A DNA stretch of 64,000 nt from Isurus oxyrinchus (taxonomy: Eukaryota), in NCBI GenBank assembly GCA_026770705.1, contig JANJGN010000021.1, positions 90,954,001-91,018,000 on the forward strand. The letters run 5' to 3'. Under the pieces are notes generated by a model, which saw only the letters and a program-made list of their open reading frames with translations, was not told where the DNA came from and searched no databases. Shown here in pieces: positions 52,200 through 64,000 of the stretch. Position 1 is the first letter of the stretch; each line of letters begins with the position of its first letter. The position numbers and the translations under genes are program-made.

Positions 52200-52750
52200 T
52201 GAGGGAGTATGGCACTGTCGGAGGGTCAGTACTGAAGGAACGCTGCACTTTCAGTCAGTACCCAGGATGAACTGCACTGTCGCAGTTAGAGCATTGAGAG
52301 AGACCTGCATGGTTCGAGGTCAGCACTCAGGGAGCGCTGCACTGTTGAGAGGGATGTTGTAAAGGGGCACTAGAATGTCGGAGGTCAGTACTGACAGAAT
52401 GTTGCACTGACGGAGGATCAGTACTGAGGGGTTGCAGCACTGTCAGAGTGTCTATTTCATTCATTTAATCAGGTGTCCATCATAAATAACTAAATAATAT
52501 GAAAATTGTTTTGCATAAGGTTTACTATGAATGTCCCCACGGAAAATATTGGAAGCAGAGCACGGGGAGTTTTCCTTGTGGCGAATATTAATCCCTCAAC
52601 AGTATTACTCAGGAGCGAGATTAATTGGTCATGTTAGTAAGATCTTGATGCTTGTACATTTGCTGCTGGTTTTCATACCAAAGCCAGTGTTTGGAAATTG
52701 GTTTGGAACGCCCTGAGGTCATGAAAGGCATTGTTGAAAGGGAGAGTCTA
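52200..52750 (+). repeat. Satellite of about 33 bp (CAGTACTGAGGGAGTGCTGCACTGTCGGAGGGT-like) followed by a DeuSINE-like 3' half
   Basis: About 7 degenerate units at 52200-52450; GAGCACGGGGAGTT...CGAATATTAATCCCTCAAC and tail TTTGGAACGCCCTGAGGTCATGAAAGGC. Confidence 0.7.
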
Positions 52751-53361
52751 TTTTTCCAACATTGCTTTACTACATCACTAAGGAGTGCTGTGTTGAAATT
52801 ATAGCGCCCTTACTTTCCCCAGCATGTCTCAGCACTCCGTTTCAGATCAGCTCACCCACTACAGAATGAGACATGGGAAGAATCTGCGGTGTACCCTGGA
52901 AGGAGGAATGAGTGGTTCGGTGGGTTGGGGTGAGCGGGCGACTCGCCCCCTCTACAATGAGTCAGCATGAAGCCCACAGACTCCGCCCCCAGTAGCCCCA
53001 CAGCAATGAAGCGCTGTGGGGTTCATTAGCAAAAACCGAGTAGCACTTCAGCATCCTATATTGTAGAACGGTACCTGCAGACTGGATGAGCTTATTGATC
53101 CCGAATGGGGCGCAAGTCCTTCCCCGATTGGCTGGAAGCTGCATCAGTCCCCGAAGCGCCAGGAGGATATCAATGGCAACTGCCAGACTACAGCTGATGA
53201 GAGGAGATGAAGGTCAATGTTTTATTGAATGGGGAAGCTGGATCGAGGGGTCGAATGGCCCACTCCTGATTCTGTTTCTTATGTTCTAGGAAACTCGTTA
53301 TCTATTTTACCCGGTCCAATATAATTACTGCATCTTACTTTTAGTGCTACCTATGCACTAC

Positions 53362-53413
53362 CCCCTCTTCTCATAATGACCCATGCACCCCTCTTCTCAT
53401 AATGACCCATGCA
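53362..53413. repeat. Perfect 26-bp tandem duplication
   Basis: CCCCTCTTCTCATAATGACCCATGCA x2. Confidence 0.95.
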
Positions 53414-53917
53414 GGTTTATCATTTAGTATGGCAGCCATGCACTGCTCTTCCAAACGAAGATGTAATTTAGGATCCTTCATCGATGCTGATAATCATTTT
53501 ACTACAATTTTGCTATATATCTGCTGAGCGGGATTACATGGTGCTTTGGGTCCTACTAACCCTGAAGCAACCACAGAAACGTCGATTTGCGCCTTTCATA
53601 CAGAGGTGATGGTCAGAAAGGATATATTCTGTGCATATTTCAAGGTATTCAACAAAGCTTTTTCCTTTGATACACATCATAGATGGATTGATCATGAAAA
53701 AGAAAAACGTTTTAAGGAGACAATGCCTATGCTTATCTGACCTTCTGCAAAAGATCCTGGAGACTGCCATGGTGGGCACACTTGTTTACCAAATAACAAA
53801 ATATACTGTTTTGATCCTGGAGCATTTTAGTTAATTGGTTGCTGCGGCTGGTTTTAGATTTGTAATGGTAGATGTTGTACAAAGCTGCCTGGTTTAAAAC
53901 TAGTGGAGTCATCGTTC

Positions 53918-54552
53918 AGGTCCTGAATTTTTCTGATGGGGTCTCACTTCCTGCCATACAAGAAGTCAGTGAGGAATACATTGGATGGGCATTAAATAAC
54001 TGCAGGCGGGACTCCCGCCCCTTGCTCGGGAGGAAGTCCGGCTGTGGAGAGCTACTGGTCAATCTGAATGGCCAGCAGCTCTCCAGTTCCTGCAGCAATC
54101 ACTCTGCAGAGGGCAGAAAAGACATGCAAGAGGACGTTGTAGCCTAAGTCCGGGCACCGCAGGCCCAGCTAAATTCGAGAGGTCCCCAGACCAGGGTAGG
54201 GAAGGCCTGGGGGCACGAAGGGGACGATTGGGTTTCAGGGGAGAGGCCTGACGGAGAGGAGGTCCGGTGGCCACCGGGCCTTAAGTGAGGGAGCCGGACT
54301 TCAGGTGGGGGCATCTGCTGGTGGCGCCACCCGCCCTTCCGGCCAAGATGTAACTGTTCTTTTTCAGGTTTGCCCCTCGGAAGTTCAATCCTCCTGCTAG
54401 GCTATTAATTGGAGCAAGGGCCTGAGGCCCTACCCGTCCCAGCGTGATATCGCTATGTGGTTGGGGCAGATGGGAACCGGGAAGGAATCCCATCCTTTCA
54501 ATTTCAGACCCCGCCTAAAACCCTGCGGTAGGGGAGCGTAGAATTCTGGCCC
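53918..54552. mobile_element. GC-rich Harbinger-type MITE
   Basis: GGTCCTGAATTTT ... AGAATTCTGGCCC termini, same TIR family as 9797-10425. Confidence 0.65.
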
Positions 54553-54848
54553 GTGGTGCAAGGTATGTGTACAAATTGTTACCAGGGGGATAATGACAAA
54601 TTATTTAGATGTTGAACTGAATCTAACCACTGATTGTGTCGCTCATTAGTAGATTCTGGCATTTCATGTTTTGAGTCAGCGAGATACCTATTTCCACGAC
54701 AGCGTGAAACTTCCGACGCAGCTAATATTATAGAATCTGGTGGAAGACACAGGTCATGGAAGATTTCTATCTCCTAGACCTAGCTGAAAGAACACTTTTT
54801 CTTGCTTTCATTGTCTTTCTTTTGAAAGTATGTATTTCTTACTTATAG

Positions 54849-54875
54849 AGAATCGTATGTTTCAAAAACAGACAG
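54849..54875 (+). CDS. Coiled-coil micro-exon B4, 27 nt, (E)NRMFQKQT
   Basis: TATTTCTTACTTATAG|agaatcgt...cagacag|GTAAGA; phase 1-1. Confidence 0.8.
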
Positions 54876-56116
54876 GTAAGAACATAAAATATTTCGATGA
54901 AAAAGAAGACAGTCCTTTTAATAAACTGTATGATCTCTTAAGAAACCTCCTCTAAAGATATGAAAAATCTAATGGGAAAAAAACGGCTTCTGCAATATTT
55001 CACCTCTTTCTACAACTTTTACCTCACCATTTGTTTGAACTGTTCTGGTAACTGAATGCAATTAATTACAGGTTAGTTTTCATTGTTTTTAATTCACACC
55101 ATTCCATAAATTCTTATTATTGTAAGACACAATATTTTTGCCTTGCATGTAGTCGTTAGATTTCAAATCATCACTCCAGATTCACCTAAATAGAACAATT
55201 TATAATACCCGAGAAATATTGCTAATTAAGAGTTAAAAGTCTGATAACTCAGGGCGTGTGTTTTAGGTTCTGTTGAGCATGAATTAAATGAAAGTTATAT
55301 GATTTAGCACATTGAAACATTCAAAATATACACCACGTGGGCGGCTTAATGCTGTAAGGCTCAACCATAGTGCATGTTAACCTGATATAAGTGGAATCTT
55401 GAATCACCTGATCGCGCCTTGATACTTTCTGAGACCGATATAACAGAAGAGGTGCATCCCAAACTATTATTCTAGAGTTTTGTTGGAAGGTGTTGAGGGA
55501 TTAAAGTAGGAAATCAAACATTTCGCCTCAAGGTCCCTTTCAAATGAAAGTCTAATCTGTAACCAACCTTGAAACCTGTGGTTTACGAAATGGATCTTCA
55601 AGAAGCAGCAGTGACACTTCTGAGGATAAGAGTAATGTCCAGTAACTGAATGGCGAGCAAAACATCTAACTCGAATCAATCAGAAACTGTATCGAACATT
55701 TGAAATCAATACGTTCCAAGGTTTTGATCATATGTCCAGAAAGCAAAATATTCACCAAAATGTTGTGTAACAGCGTGTAAAAAAAGCGGGTAAATTTCAG
55801 ACAATACCCTTGGATCTTGAACGTGAGTGAAGAGGGAGAGAACAATGAATGTGGTCACAAGGTTGTGAAACTACATTTTCCGATTTTCATCCTGGTATAT
55901 CAAGCATATAAATATCTGGCAGAACATCTTAGTTATATTTTCCGCTATGCCCCCACCTCCAACACTGGCTAACAGCCGGGTGAGAGTGTAAAGTTTAATC
56001 CTGTAACACAGCCAGAAAAATGTGTGATAAACTCTTCAGGCAGACCCGTGCCCAAACGATCAAAATGTGAACATGAGGCTAAACAGCATTTTTATCTTTG
56101 TTTGTTTGTTCCACAG

Positions 56117-56143
56117 AACTAGAAAATCATATTAAAATGTCAG
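56117..56143 (+). CDS. Coiled-coil micro-exon A5, 27 nt, (E)LENHIKMS
   Basis: TTTGTTTGTTCCACAG|aactagaa...aatgtcag|GTTTGT; phase 1-1. Confidence 0.75.
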
Positions 56144-57380
56144 GTTTGTGACATCGCCCTTATGTGATATATATGCCAGGAATATGTTAGAACACTAGTT
56201 AAATGCATAGATCGTTAAACGCTTTGCTTTTCTAAAGAAAGAAAGGTGGCGCAGCTTATAGGGTTAAACGAAAATCATTATAATGTATCATTTATTACAG
56301 TTTTACTACCCAAATAATTATTGGCTTAACATTGCTCTGCACCTACACAGGATATGAATTCCTACACAACAATAACGTCAGCTGGTCCATTCTGTCCAGT
56401 ATTGATTTGGCTGTCCTTATCAACTGAAAAGGCAGGTGATTAGTTTAACATCGGCTGCCTGAGCAAGCGAACGAAAAATATGCAAACATTTTCCCACTAG
56501 CCGAGCCTCACGTTTGTGGGAGATGAACCCGGGTTGCTGTTAATTGCCTTGAAGGTTGACTTACCTCCCTCAGCAACATGAAGTTCCACCTCAGATAGCC
56601 GCCAACTAATTAGAGGTCACTAGCTCTCCAGTGACTGCAGTGCCACCAGCAGCGGTGGCTATTAGTGAAACTGCAGAAAGAATTGTGGGATGGAGATACT
56701 GCTTTGTAAGTCAGATGTTATCGCCAGGTCCAGAAATATAAGACTCTTAGGAGGAGGAAAGGTGAGACCATAGTTGGCGAGAGGGGATGTGGGGGGTATT
56801 TTTCTGTGCGCTGTTAGAAAAGCCAGGTGAATGGAAGGCATCTGTCAACTGTGATGGGCCCATGGGACCCGGCTCCCATTGAAAGTTGCCTCTTTGGAGG
56901 CTTAGTCTTGACCTGTGCTGCAGCTTCTTAAGCCCCATGTCGTTTTATGCCCACACACACATCCCCACCGCATCACACTACCTACTCCATCCTCAAACCC
57001 CCCCCCCCCCCCCACCATCCTGACCTATCAACCCGCTGCAAAGTGCACTAAAATGCAGCCCATGTTTGTAACCATCAAATCAGTAACTGGTTAATTCTCA
57101 CATTTCGGTACTGAATGCAGCTGGGGCAGGTAGAAAGGAATAACGATAAACAGCATGAGAACATCTGGGTCGGTGAAGGGAAATTAATACAGGGACCCCT
57201 GCTCTGAGTGAATGAATATAATCTTGGTACGAAGAGTAGGCACCTTTGTAATGAATTATTAGATGCCTTTAGTGACCGTCAATGATTGAAGGTAAATAGC
57301 AATTACATGGAACTTGACTGAGAGAGAGGGAGGCCGCACCGAATGACACACAGGCAGATAGCCACACAGATATATGAACA

Positions 57381-57552
57381 TAAAAACAGAAAATGCTGGA
57401 AAAGCTCAATAAGCCTGGCAGCATCTGTGAGGCGGGAAAAAGCTTCAGGTCAAGAACTTGAAAAGACTGTTTCGTTTTTACACGGATGCTGTCTGACTGC
57501 TGGTGCATTTCCAGCAATTCCTGTCTGTGTTTCAGATTTCCAGCATTCAGCA
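57381..57552. mobile_element. Older copy of the fold-back PLE-derived element
   Basis: ACAGAAAATGCTGGAAAAGCTC...GGCAGCATCTGTG / CACGGATGCTGTC...TTTCCAGCAATTCCTGT arms. Confidence 0.7.
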
Positions 57553-58632
57553 TTTGCGTTATGTTGGTACATAGACATTATGGGAGGCATCACGAAAAGA
57601 GTTTACTGCTATTTTTTTTTTAATTTCTGTGCGATCATTGCTCCATTGCATTTTGGAGCTTGTTGCTGCTTTCCTGAGGAGAAATGCTAATAGCACCAAA
57701 ATATGTCTGAGTAAATACGTAGAATTAGCCCTGGAACCATATTGGCATGAATTTCACGTTTCCCCGCCAGTGGGTTTTTGGGCTGGGGTGGGAGCGTGAA
57801 ATAGCAGGAATGGGCAGGAATGGGCACTGGTTTCCCAGCCGCTCTGACCTCTGAACGATTTTACAGTGAGGCGGGTGATAGCTCGGATGGGCCTCCCGCC
57901 CTTGACCGATTTGAGGCCCTTGAGTGGCCAATTATTGAACATTTAATGGCTGTTTAACCCCCAGCCTGAATGATTTTCCGGGCTTCGGCGATACTCAAAA
58001 ATGATCCGGTTTACATCTCGGGCAGGATGAGCAGGGGCACTTCCACCCAAAGCCCCCTTCCAACTTTGGTTGCTCCCCCGCCCCACCTCCTCTCCACCAC
58101 TTAAGGCCAGGTGGACCTCACTCCTTCCACAGGACTCTCTCCCGAAAGTCCTCTCCCAATCCTCCACTATCCATACCCACAGGCTGCCTCTCCCCTCCTC
58201 GTGTACAACCAATTCACGCTCATCAGAGAGCGAAATGGTTACGGGGGCAGGCAGTGCCGATGCCCCCCAACGATCCCTGGCCCTTCGAGTGGTGGGACAG
58301 GATCCGAGATATCCCAACCATTATACTCTGGTACTATTGGTATTCAGAACAAAGTGCTATCAGGGAGTCGGCAGTCATGTGTGGCTTTTTGATGCATTGG
58401 AGATTCTGGAAGCGAAGAATATTGATAAGATCATTTGAAACTGACTTGGGACACCATTTTTCATGGAACTAGCACCGCAATTAAAGGAAATCAAAGAAAA
58501 ATGCATCGTTGTGTGCTCCACGATGATTAAAAGTGATAGACTATGCCCCTAGCTATTTTTGCCACGTTGAAAAGAAGATATTCCTGTATGGCCCTTCCCC
58601 TTTAGATCAAATTAATTTGTGTATTTTTACAG

Positions 58633-58659
58633 ACAAACAGATTGAAATCAAAGACAAAG
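58633..58659 (+). CDS. Coiled-coil micro-exon B5, 27 nt, (D)KQIEIKDK
   Basis: GTGTATTTTTACAG|acaaacag...gacaaag|GTAACA; phase 1-1. Confidence 0.75.
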
Positions 58660-58959
58660 GTAACATCCTGCAGAAGAAAACGTGATTCTAAATATTCAAT
58701 GCTCTGTACTTTAAATTAAAACCACGTTTAACTCCTTAATTTCTTATGTGGGTTCGCGATGATTTTCTGAAACAAGGGGGAAGGTCATACAGTATTTGCT
58801 AATGAGTCATGATTGAAATGGAGGAAAGTGGGACATCTATTATGATGTTACATTTGGGTGAGGCTGGCCCTATGTGACGAACAAGTCACTTTTCACTGTA
58901 TAATGGGCAAATACATTAATGGTTTAAATGACAGAAGATAATTAGGAGGTATTCAAAAA

Positions 58960-60770
58960 AAAGGTACAGTGTTACAAAAGTCTAAATAACAAGAGTTGAA
59001 CTTGCCAAAAAAGGCAGCCATGGAGAATGGAGAGATAAGAGGTAACAGGAAACTGAAAGAAACCTTGCAAAAATGCAAAGGAAAAGAAACATGGATCTTG
59101 GCAACAGTCAAATATGCAAAAAAGCAACGGGCCAAAAATCAGTGTAAAGAAAGTTGCAAGGGAGGTGACCATCAATACAAATATGTTTTATATTCACCTT
59201 AGCAAAAACAGAGGGTGGTTGATGGGTGGTAACAAGGCAATGGCGGACATATTGAGCAATTGCTCTGCGACAGTATTTATAGCAGGTGCAGAAACCCCAT
59301 GCCACATATTCAAGGTAGAACTAAAATTGAATCAAAGGCAGGGCAGCAAGGAAAAATAACTTAGGCAAGGTAACAGTATTGGAGAAATCAGTGGCACTAA
59401 AGAGCGACATATCACCGTAACCAGATAACCTCTATTGTAGTGTTGTAAAGGAATTAGGCAAGAACATGTCAGATGCCATAACTGTAATTATCCAAAGGTT
59501 CTCAACTGGCAACCAATTCCTTAGTTTCGATAATTATGTATGCCAGCCCACTATTTATGAAAGCTAACAGAGGGAAACCAGCCAACTATAAATCAGCTAA
59601 AATGAAATCTGTGGCCAGGAAACTGCTAAAATTTGGAATTAATGATAGGGTGACAGCACAGTTTGACAATCTGAAAATGATCAGAGAGAGCCAGCATGGA
59701 CTTTAAAATTGCAATTCCTAACATGAATAAAACTTTTGAAGATGTGACTAAAATTGTGAACAGGGCAATGCCAGGGGACATTGTTTTCCTGGAATTACAG
59801 AAGGTTCTAGAGAAAGCCCCACAGACGAAATTGTCAGATGAAGTTGACTTTCGTGCAATTGAAGGCAAATTATTGACCTGTATAGGCAATTTGCCAAGCA
59901 GAAGGAGACAAAAAGCGGTGGAGAATCGACAGTAAGCATTCACTCAATTTATTAATGACTTTGATGATGGCATGCACAGCCACACATAACAACCTGCAGA
60001 GGGCGTGGGGAGAGTCAATAGTTTAAATACTATAGTGTAAAATTACAAAGGAATATGGATAAGCAAAACTGCACCACACGGATATCAATGCAGGAAATTA
60101 TAGACCTAAAAAGGTGAGAATAATGAAGACCAAGAAACTGGAGACTATAAAACATATGAAGGCCCCGATGCATATATCTTTCAAATGTTAAGGACAGAAA
60201 CAGAAAATGAGGAGCAAGGTTAATCTTAATATACAGAAAATTATATACAGAAAATTATCATGCAACAGTGTAGAAGTCATGCTTCAACTGTACGAAGCTG
60301 TTGTGGGACCACACCTCAAACAGTAGGGACATTTGAATCCTACACCATAGGAAGGTTATGTTGGCTTTGCAGGGAGCGAGGCGCAAATTTATTGGAATTG
60401 TGCCCAAACTCCAGGCATTAAGTTAGCAAGAGAGAATGAACAAACTAGGGTAGCATTCCCTGGAATTTGGAAGGTAAATTAGTCATTTGATTGAACTTTT
60501 GAAGAAAAGAAGAGGAGCAGATACGGAAGACTGGGAGAAACTACTTTATCTCGTTGGAAATCAATGACTAGTAAGCATAACTTTGGCGTTGGAGCCAGGT
60601 CGTCCTTGAGTGAATTAAGAAACATCTCTTCACGCAAAAGGGTGGGAGAAGCTTGGAACACTATTCCAAATATCGATTGATGGAGATTTGTTAGGAAGAA
60701 ATATTTGGTAAAGGTGCATATATCAGGTAGCTTACAGTTCAGCGATATATCACCAAATAGCGGAACAGTC
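58960..60770 (+). mobile_element. Decayed CR1 LINE
   Basis: FEDVTKIVNRAMPGDIVFLELQKVLEKAP; GGACCACACCTC (xPHL); CTTCACGCAAAAGGGTGG. Confidence 0.75.
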
Positions 60771-61449
60771 TATCATACCTGAAGAAAGCTTGAATCAATT
60801 TGCTTACATGACGCTTGGTGCAGTTGTCAAAAAAATGTAAGTGGCAAGAGAGCGTTCTGTCAGAAGTGACAATGAACACTTTCTTGTTTGTATCCATGTG
60901 GTCACTCTTCCAGTTCCTGTCCCAATGTCACCAATGTGTTCGCTTCTTCACTCAATAACTGCGATGCATCTGCCATCAGAAAACGTATGATTTTCAAAGT
61001 TAATTGGCAACACTTGGAAGGCTGCAAGGACATTTCATCCTGAAGTGCCCACAATTATTGCTGACAATCATGCTTTGTTTCTGGAGATTTATTGCACTGC
61101 GATTTGTGCCCCCATTTTTCCCTATACTCAATCCATTATACAGGGAATGTTGACAGTAGCAACACTATAATTTCCTGCTTCAATGTCATAACAATAGAAA
61201 CAGCAGCACAGTGAGCATCTCGTTCAATTTAAGTAGGTTGAAAAGCACATTTAAATAGATCGCATATTAGAGCTCCAATATATCGTTAATCAGTGCATCA
61301 TCAGGGTGACAAATAAAGGACGCCTCTTACTGGCAAGTTGCTTGATCAATAAAGATCCTGCTATAAATCAAAAGTCGCCTCCGGCTATTTGCAAATAATT
61401 GCAATGCCTCATAACAATTACGGGTATCCAAGAATCATTGATGTGCTTG

Positions 61450-62278
61450 CTAATGGAAAATCAACATGAACTCATTAACTGTATCTGTCAAAAGTTCAAG
61501 ATTAGGGTTATCTGTCAAAGCAGTTGATATTTGGTTCCAACATTCCACCGACTTTTGCATCAGTTTGGAATCAATGTATAGAGTGTCCAGTTGAGAGTAG
61601 ACGTAGCCTAATTGAACAGATTGTTGGCCATCCTGTTTGCTGCTGCCTTCATCTGATTCATAAGGGCTGTCGCATTTAAAGTTCTTATTATCTTTCATTA
61701 ATTTTGACAAAATGTATTCCTTCTGTAAACCTGTCAAATGTTCCATTTTCCTGAATATTTTTTCACTTGAAAGAGATTTTTCTGAGACTTCATCCGCCCA
61801 TATAGATCCTAGCGAGTATTGAACTGGAGTTCTATCGACGCAGTGGATAGCTAGCATCCATGCCTCTGAGCCAGAAAGTCCAGGTTCAGGTCCCGCTCCA
61901 GGACCTTATGGCCACAGAAGGTGTACTCATAAAACGGGTAGCCAAGTTTCTTATCAATCTGTAAATTCTTCAAAGAGCCTCCTGGGCACCCATGCTTGAT
62001 GTGGAGTGATGGCCATTAAGCCATAGCCTCTGGTGAAAGACTCGCGACCTATTCCAGGAAGCTAGTTATGAAAACAAGCAGAAGAACATCCTTTGTCTAC
62101 CTTAGGCATCATTAGAGGCATGAAAGCCAATAACTAAGTATTGAGCTTCAATGATCTGGATATCACTGTCATATAATGCACGACCTATATCTAGGTTTGA
62201 TACCGCTCGTTTTGTGTAAGTAATGAACAGAAATGCCCATGGGTATCGTTTCAGAATCGTCCTTCTATGGTACTGCAG
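61450..62278 (-). pseudogene. Unidentified coding relic (168 codons after SINE removal)
   Basis: LQYHRRTILKRYPWAFLFITYTKRAVSNLDIGRALYDSDIQIIEAQY|SLGSIWADEVSEK...NEFMLIFH is continuous in frame once 61815-62136 (SINE plus one TSD) is removed. Confidence 0.45.
61823..62136 (+). mobile_element. tRNA-derived SINE with TSD
   Basis: Box A-like GACGCAGTGG, box B-like GGTTCAGGTCCC; TSD AGTATTGA at 61815-61822 and 62137-62144. Confidence 0.75.
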
Positions 62279-62775
62279 TTATCAATGTTAAATTCAACCC
62301 TGGGCAAATTGTCATCACTTGATCGACCTAATGCCTAACAGCTCGTCAATATATAATCACAGCTATTTTAGTGAAATCTACAAGGGCAGTAGAAATTTTT
62401 ATTTAAATTAATCTGTAGAACACATGTTTTGTATCCTTGCATTGTCGCTAAAGAAATAAGTCTGGGGCTTCAATCGCCACAATTATAAGACACTGAATGC
62501 AGATGCACATTTCCAAGACACTAGTGAGAACCTCAGGCATGGAAAATGTCATGAACAGTCACCATAACTGTTATATTGAAATACGGATTAAATTAGTTGG
62601 ATTTTCGAGATGTAACGTTAAAGGGCTATGTAGTGACTGCATATCACGAAAGTTCTCAAGATTTGTTTTTTGAACCCATAAGATCTGCAAGTCAAAAGTC
62701 GTATTTTAAATCACAGTGGAATCTATAGTTTTATCACATTGATTACTCGACAGTCGTTCGCTTCCTCTTTTTCAG

Positions 62776-62811
62776 AAAAAGCAGAATTGACTAAAATGCT
62801 ACAAATTTCAG
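62776..62811 (+). CDS. Coiled-coil micro-exon A6, 36 nt, (E)KAELTKMLQIS
   Basis: CTTCCTCTTTTTCAG|aaaaagca...aatttcag|GTAAAT; phase 1-1, L5/L9. Confidence 0.8.
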
Positions 62812-63589
62812 GTAAATGCATTGCAAGGGTGTAGAATTTCACCTTGCGCTGTAGCACAAGATCGATGGCACCATATGATCTGCCCCTTGTGTGCTCTGCC
62901 CAATCTCATGTTCCATTCACTTCAACTGAATTCAATGAGTGATGGGGCGTCCCATGAAATTCCACCGTATGGCCCTAAGCCCAAAGACGATTTGCTAATG
63001 AGAAAAATCGCTTTAAGGAGAACTGTAGACAGCGATGCTGTAGCATAATGCATGCTGCAAAATGTAAACTGAAATTTTAATTATACAATTGTTCAAATTA
63101 ATTAAAAGCAACAGAAAAACAGAGTTGAACTGATATTAAAAATAATTCATGTATATAGCGAGACACGTGTCGAGCAAGCATAGGTTATGCAGCTTTTGCC
63201 TATGGGAATTGGCACTGAAATTGTTGTTTAATTTCAGTTTAAGTTTTGCAGCATGCATTATGGTACAGCATCGCATAATATTTGACATGGGTTCATAAGC
63301 CATACGAGGATTAATATTTTTAAAGGCATGAAAGTACATAAATGCTTTTTGAACACATACATTTCAATTTAGAATGGCGCCCAAAGAATAGTGAAAAACA
63401 TTGCTGCATGAAATTTGACGTTAAAGATGCTTCTAAGGATTTATTCCTAATGACCTTCAGTGATGACAATTTATTTTACGAACAGCATATCAGATTCAAC
63501 CTTGAGGACTATTTGTTTGGTGGCAGTATGGTGTCGGGCTAAAGATGAAACAAGGAATGTAATGTTGATCAGAGTCATAAAACATGACC

Positions 63590-64000
63590 GTTCTCTGGTT
63601 ACATTCTAACAATGCTACTGCTCGAGATGTTTTACGCATTGGAGTTCAAAAGAATGAGAGGTGATCTAAATGAAACATATAAGACCGTAAAGGAAATTCT
63701 TAGGGTGGATACCGGAAAGGCATTACCTCTTGTGGGTAAGACTAGAACTGGGGAACAGAGTTTAAAATAAGAGATCTCCCTTTTAAGGAGGAAGTTAGGA
63801 GATTTTACTTGCCCTCTATCAGGGTCGTTAGCCTGTGGAATTTTCTCTCCCAGGATGCAGTGGAGGCTTGGTCATTCAATTTATTCAAGACTAAGTTAGA
63901 AAGGTTTTTGATAGGCAAGAGATTGAAGGGTTATGGGGGCAGATAGGAAAGAGGATTTGAAACTACAATCAGATCGGCCATGATCTTATCAAATGGTGGA
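63590..64000 (+). mobile_element. CR1 LINE 3' end (runs off the window)
   Basis: LEFKRMRGDLNETYK; CAATCAGATCGGCCATGATCTTATCAAATGG. Confidence 0.85.

Noticed and set aside
52200-52450. Regularly spaced repeats of about 33 bp as a CRISPR-like array
   Set aside because: Head-to-tail degenerate satellite with no unique spacers, in a eukaryotic context and attached to a SINE.
61835-61905. tRNA gene
   Set aside because: Box A/B-like motifs are present, but it is the head of a TSD-flanked SINE with no complete cloverleaf.
434-63542. The many 60-186 aa ORFs in the supplied track as stand-alone genes
   Set aside because: Those I can identify are broken TE fragments; the rest lack motifs and splice context, and many start at non-ATG codons.

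Overview
Vertebrate genomic DNA, almost certainly from a cartilaginous fish (shark/ray), judged from its repeat families. Most of the window is decayed, nested transposons: CR1 LINEs, a second CR1/L2-group LINE, RTE, Penelope-like elements, two PIF/Harbinger relics with their MITEs, SINEs and an LTR. None of the ORF-track entries is an intact host gene. The main signal is invisible to the ORF track. A + strand host gene runs through the whole window as a chain of about 13 micro-exons (24-42 nt, 390 nt in total over about 55 kb). Each is a multiple of 3 and open in phase 1; all have an AG acceptor and 12 have a GT donor. They alternate between two types (A/B) and together encode an E/K/Q/L-rich coiled coil, an architecture like the heptad-exon tails of butyrophilin/BG-type genes; the family assignment is unproven. 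One exon has a dead ATAAGT donor and one has a NAGNAG acceptor. A 5' site combines a ratchet-like CAG|GTGAGT with a hairpin. Other points: a young fold-back insertion with a hammerhead-like motif and a 14-bp TSD, a 1.1-kb tandem duplication, and an unidentified minus-strand ORF relic that is restored in frame when a SINE is removed. Repeat boundaries are approximate; micro-exon coordinates were counted by hand.
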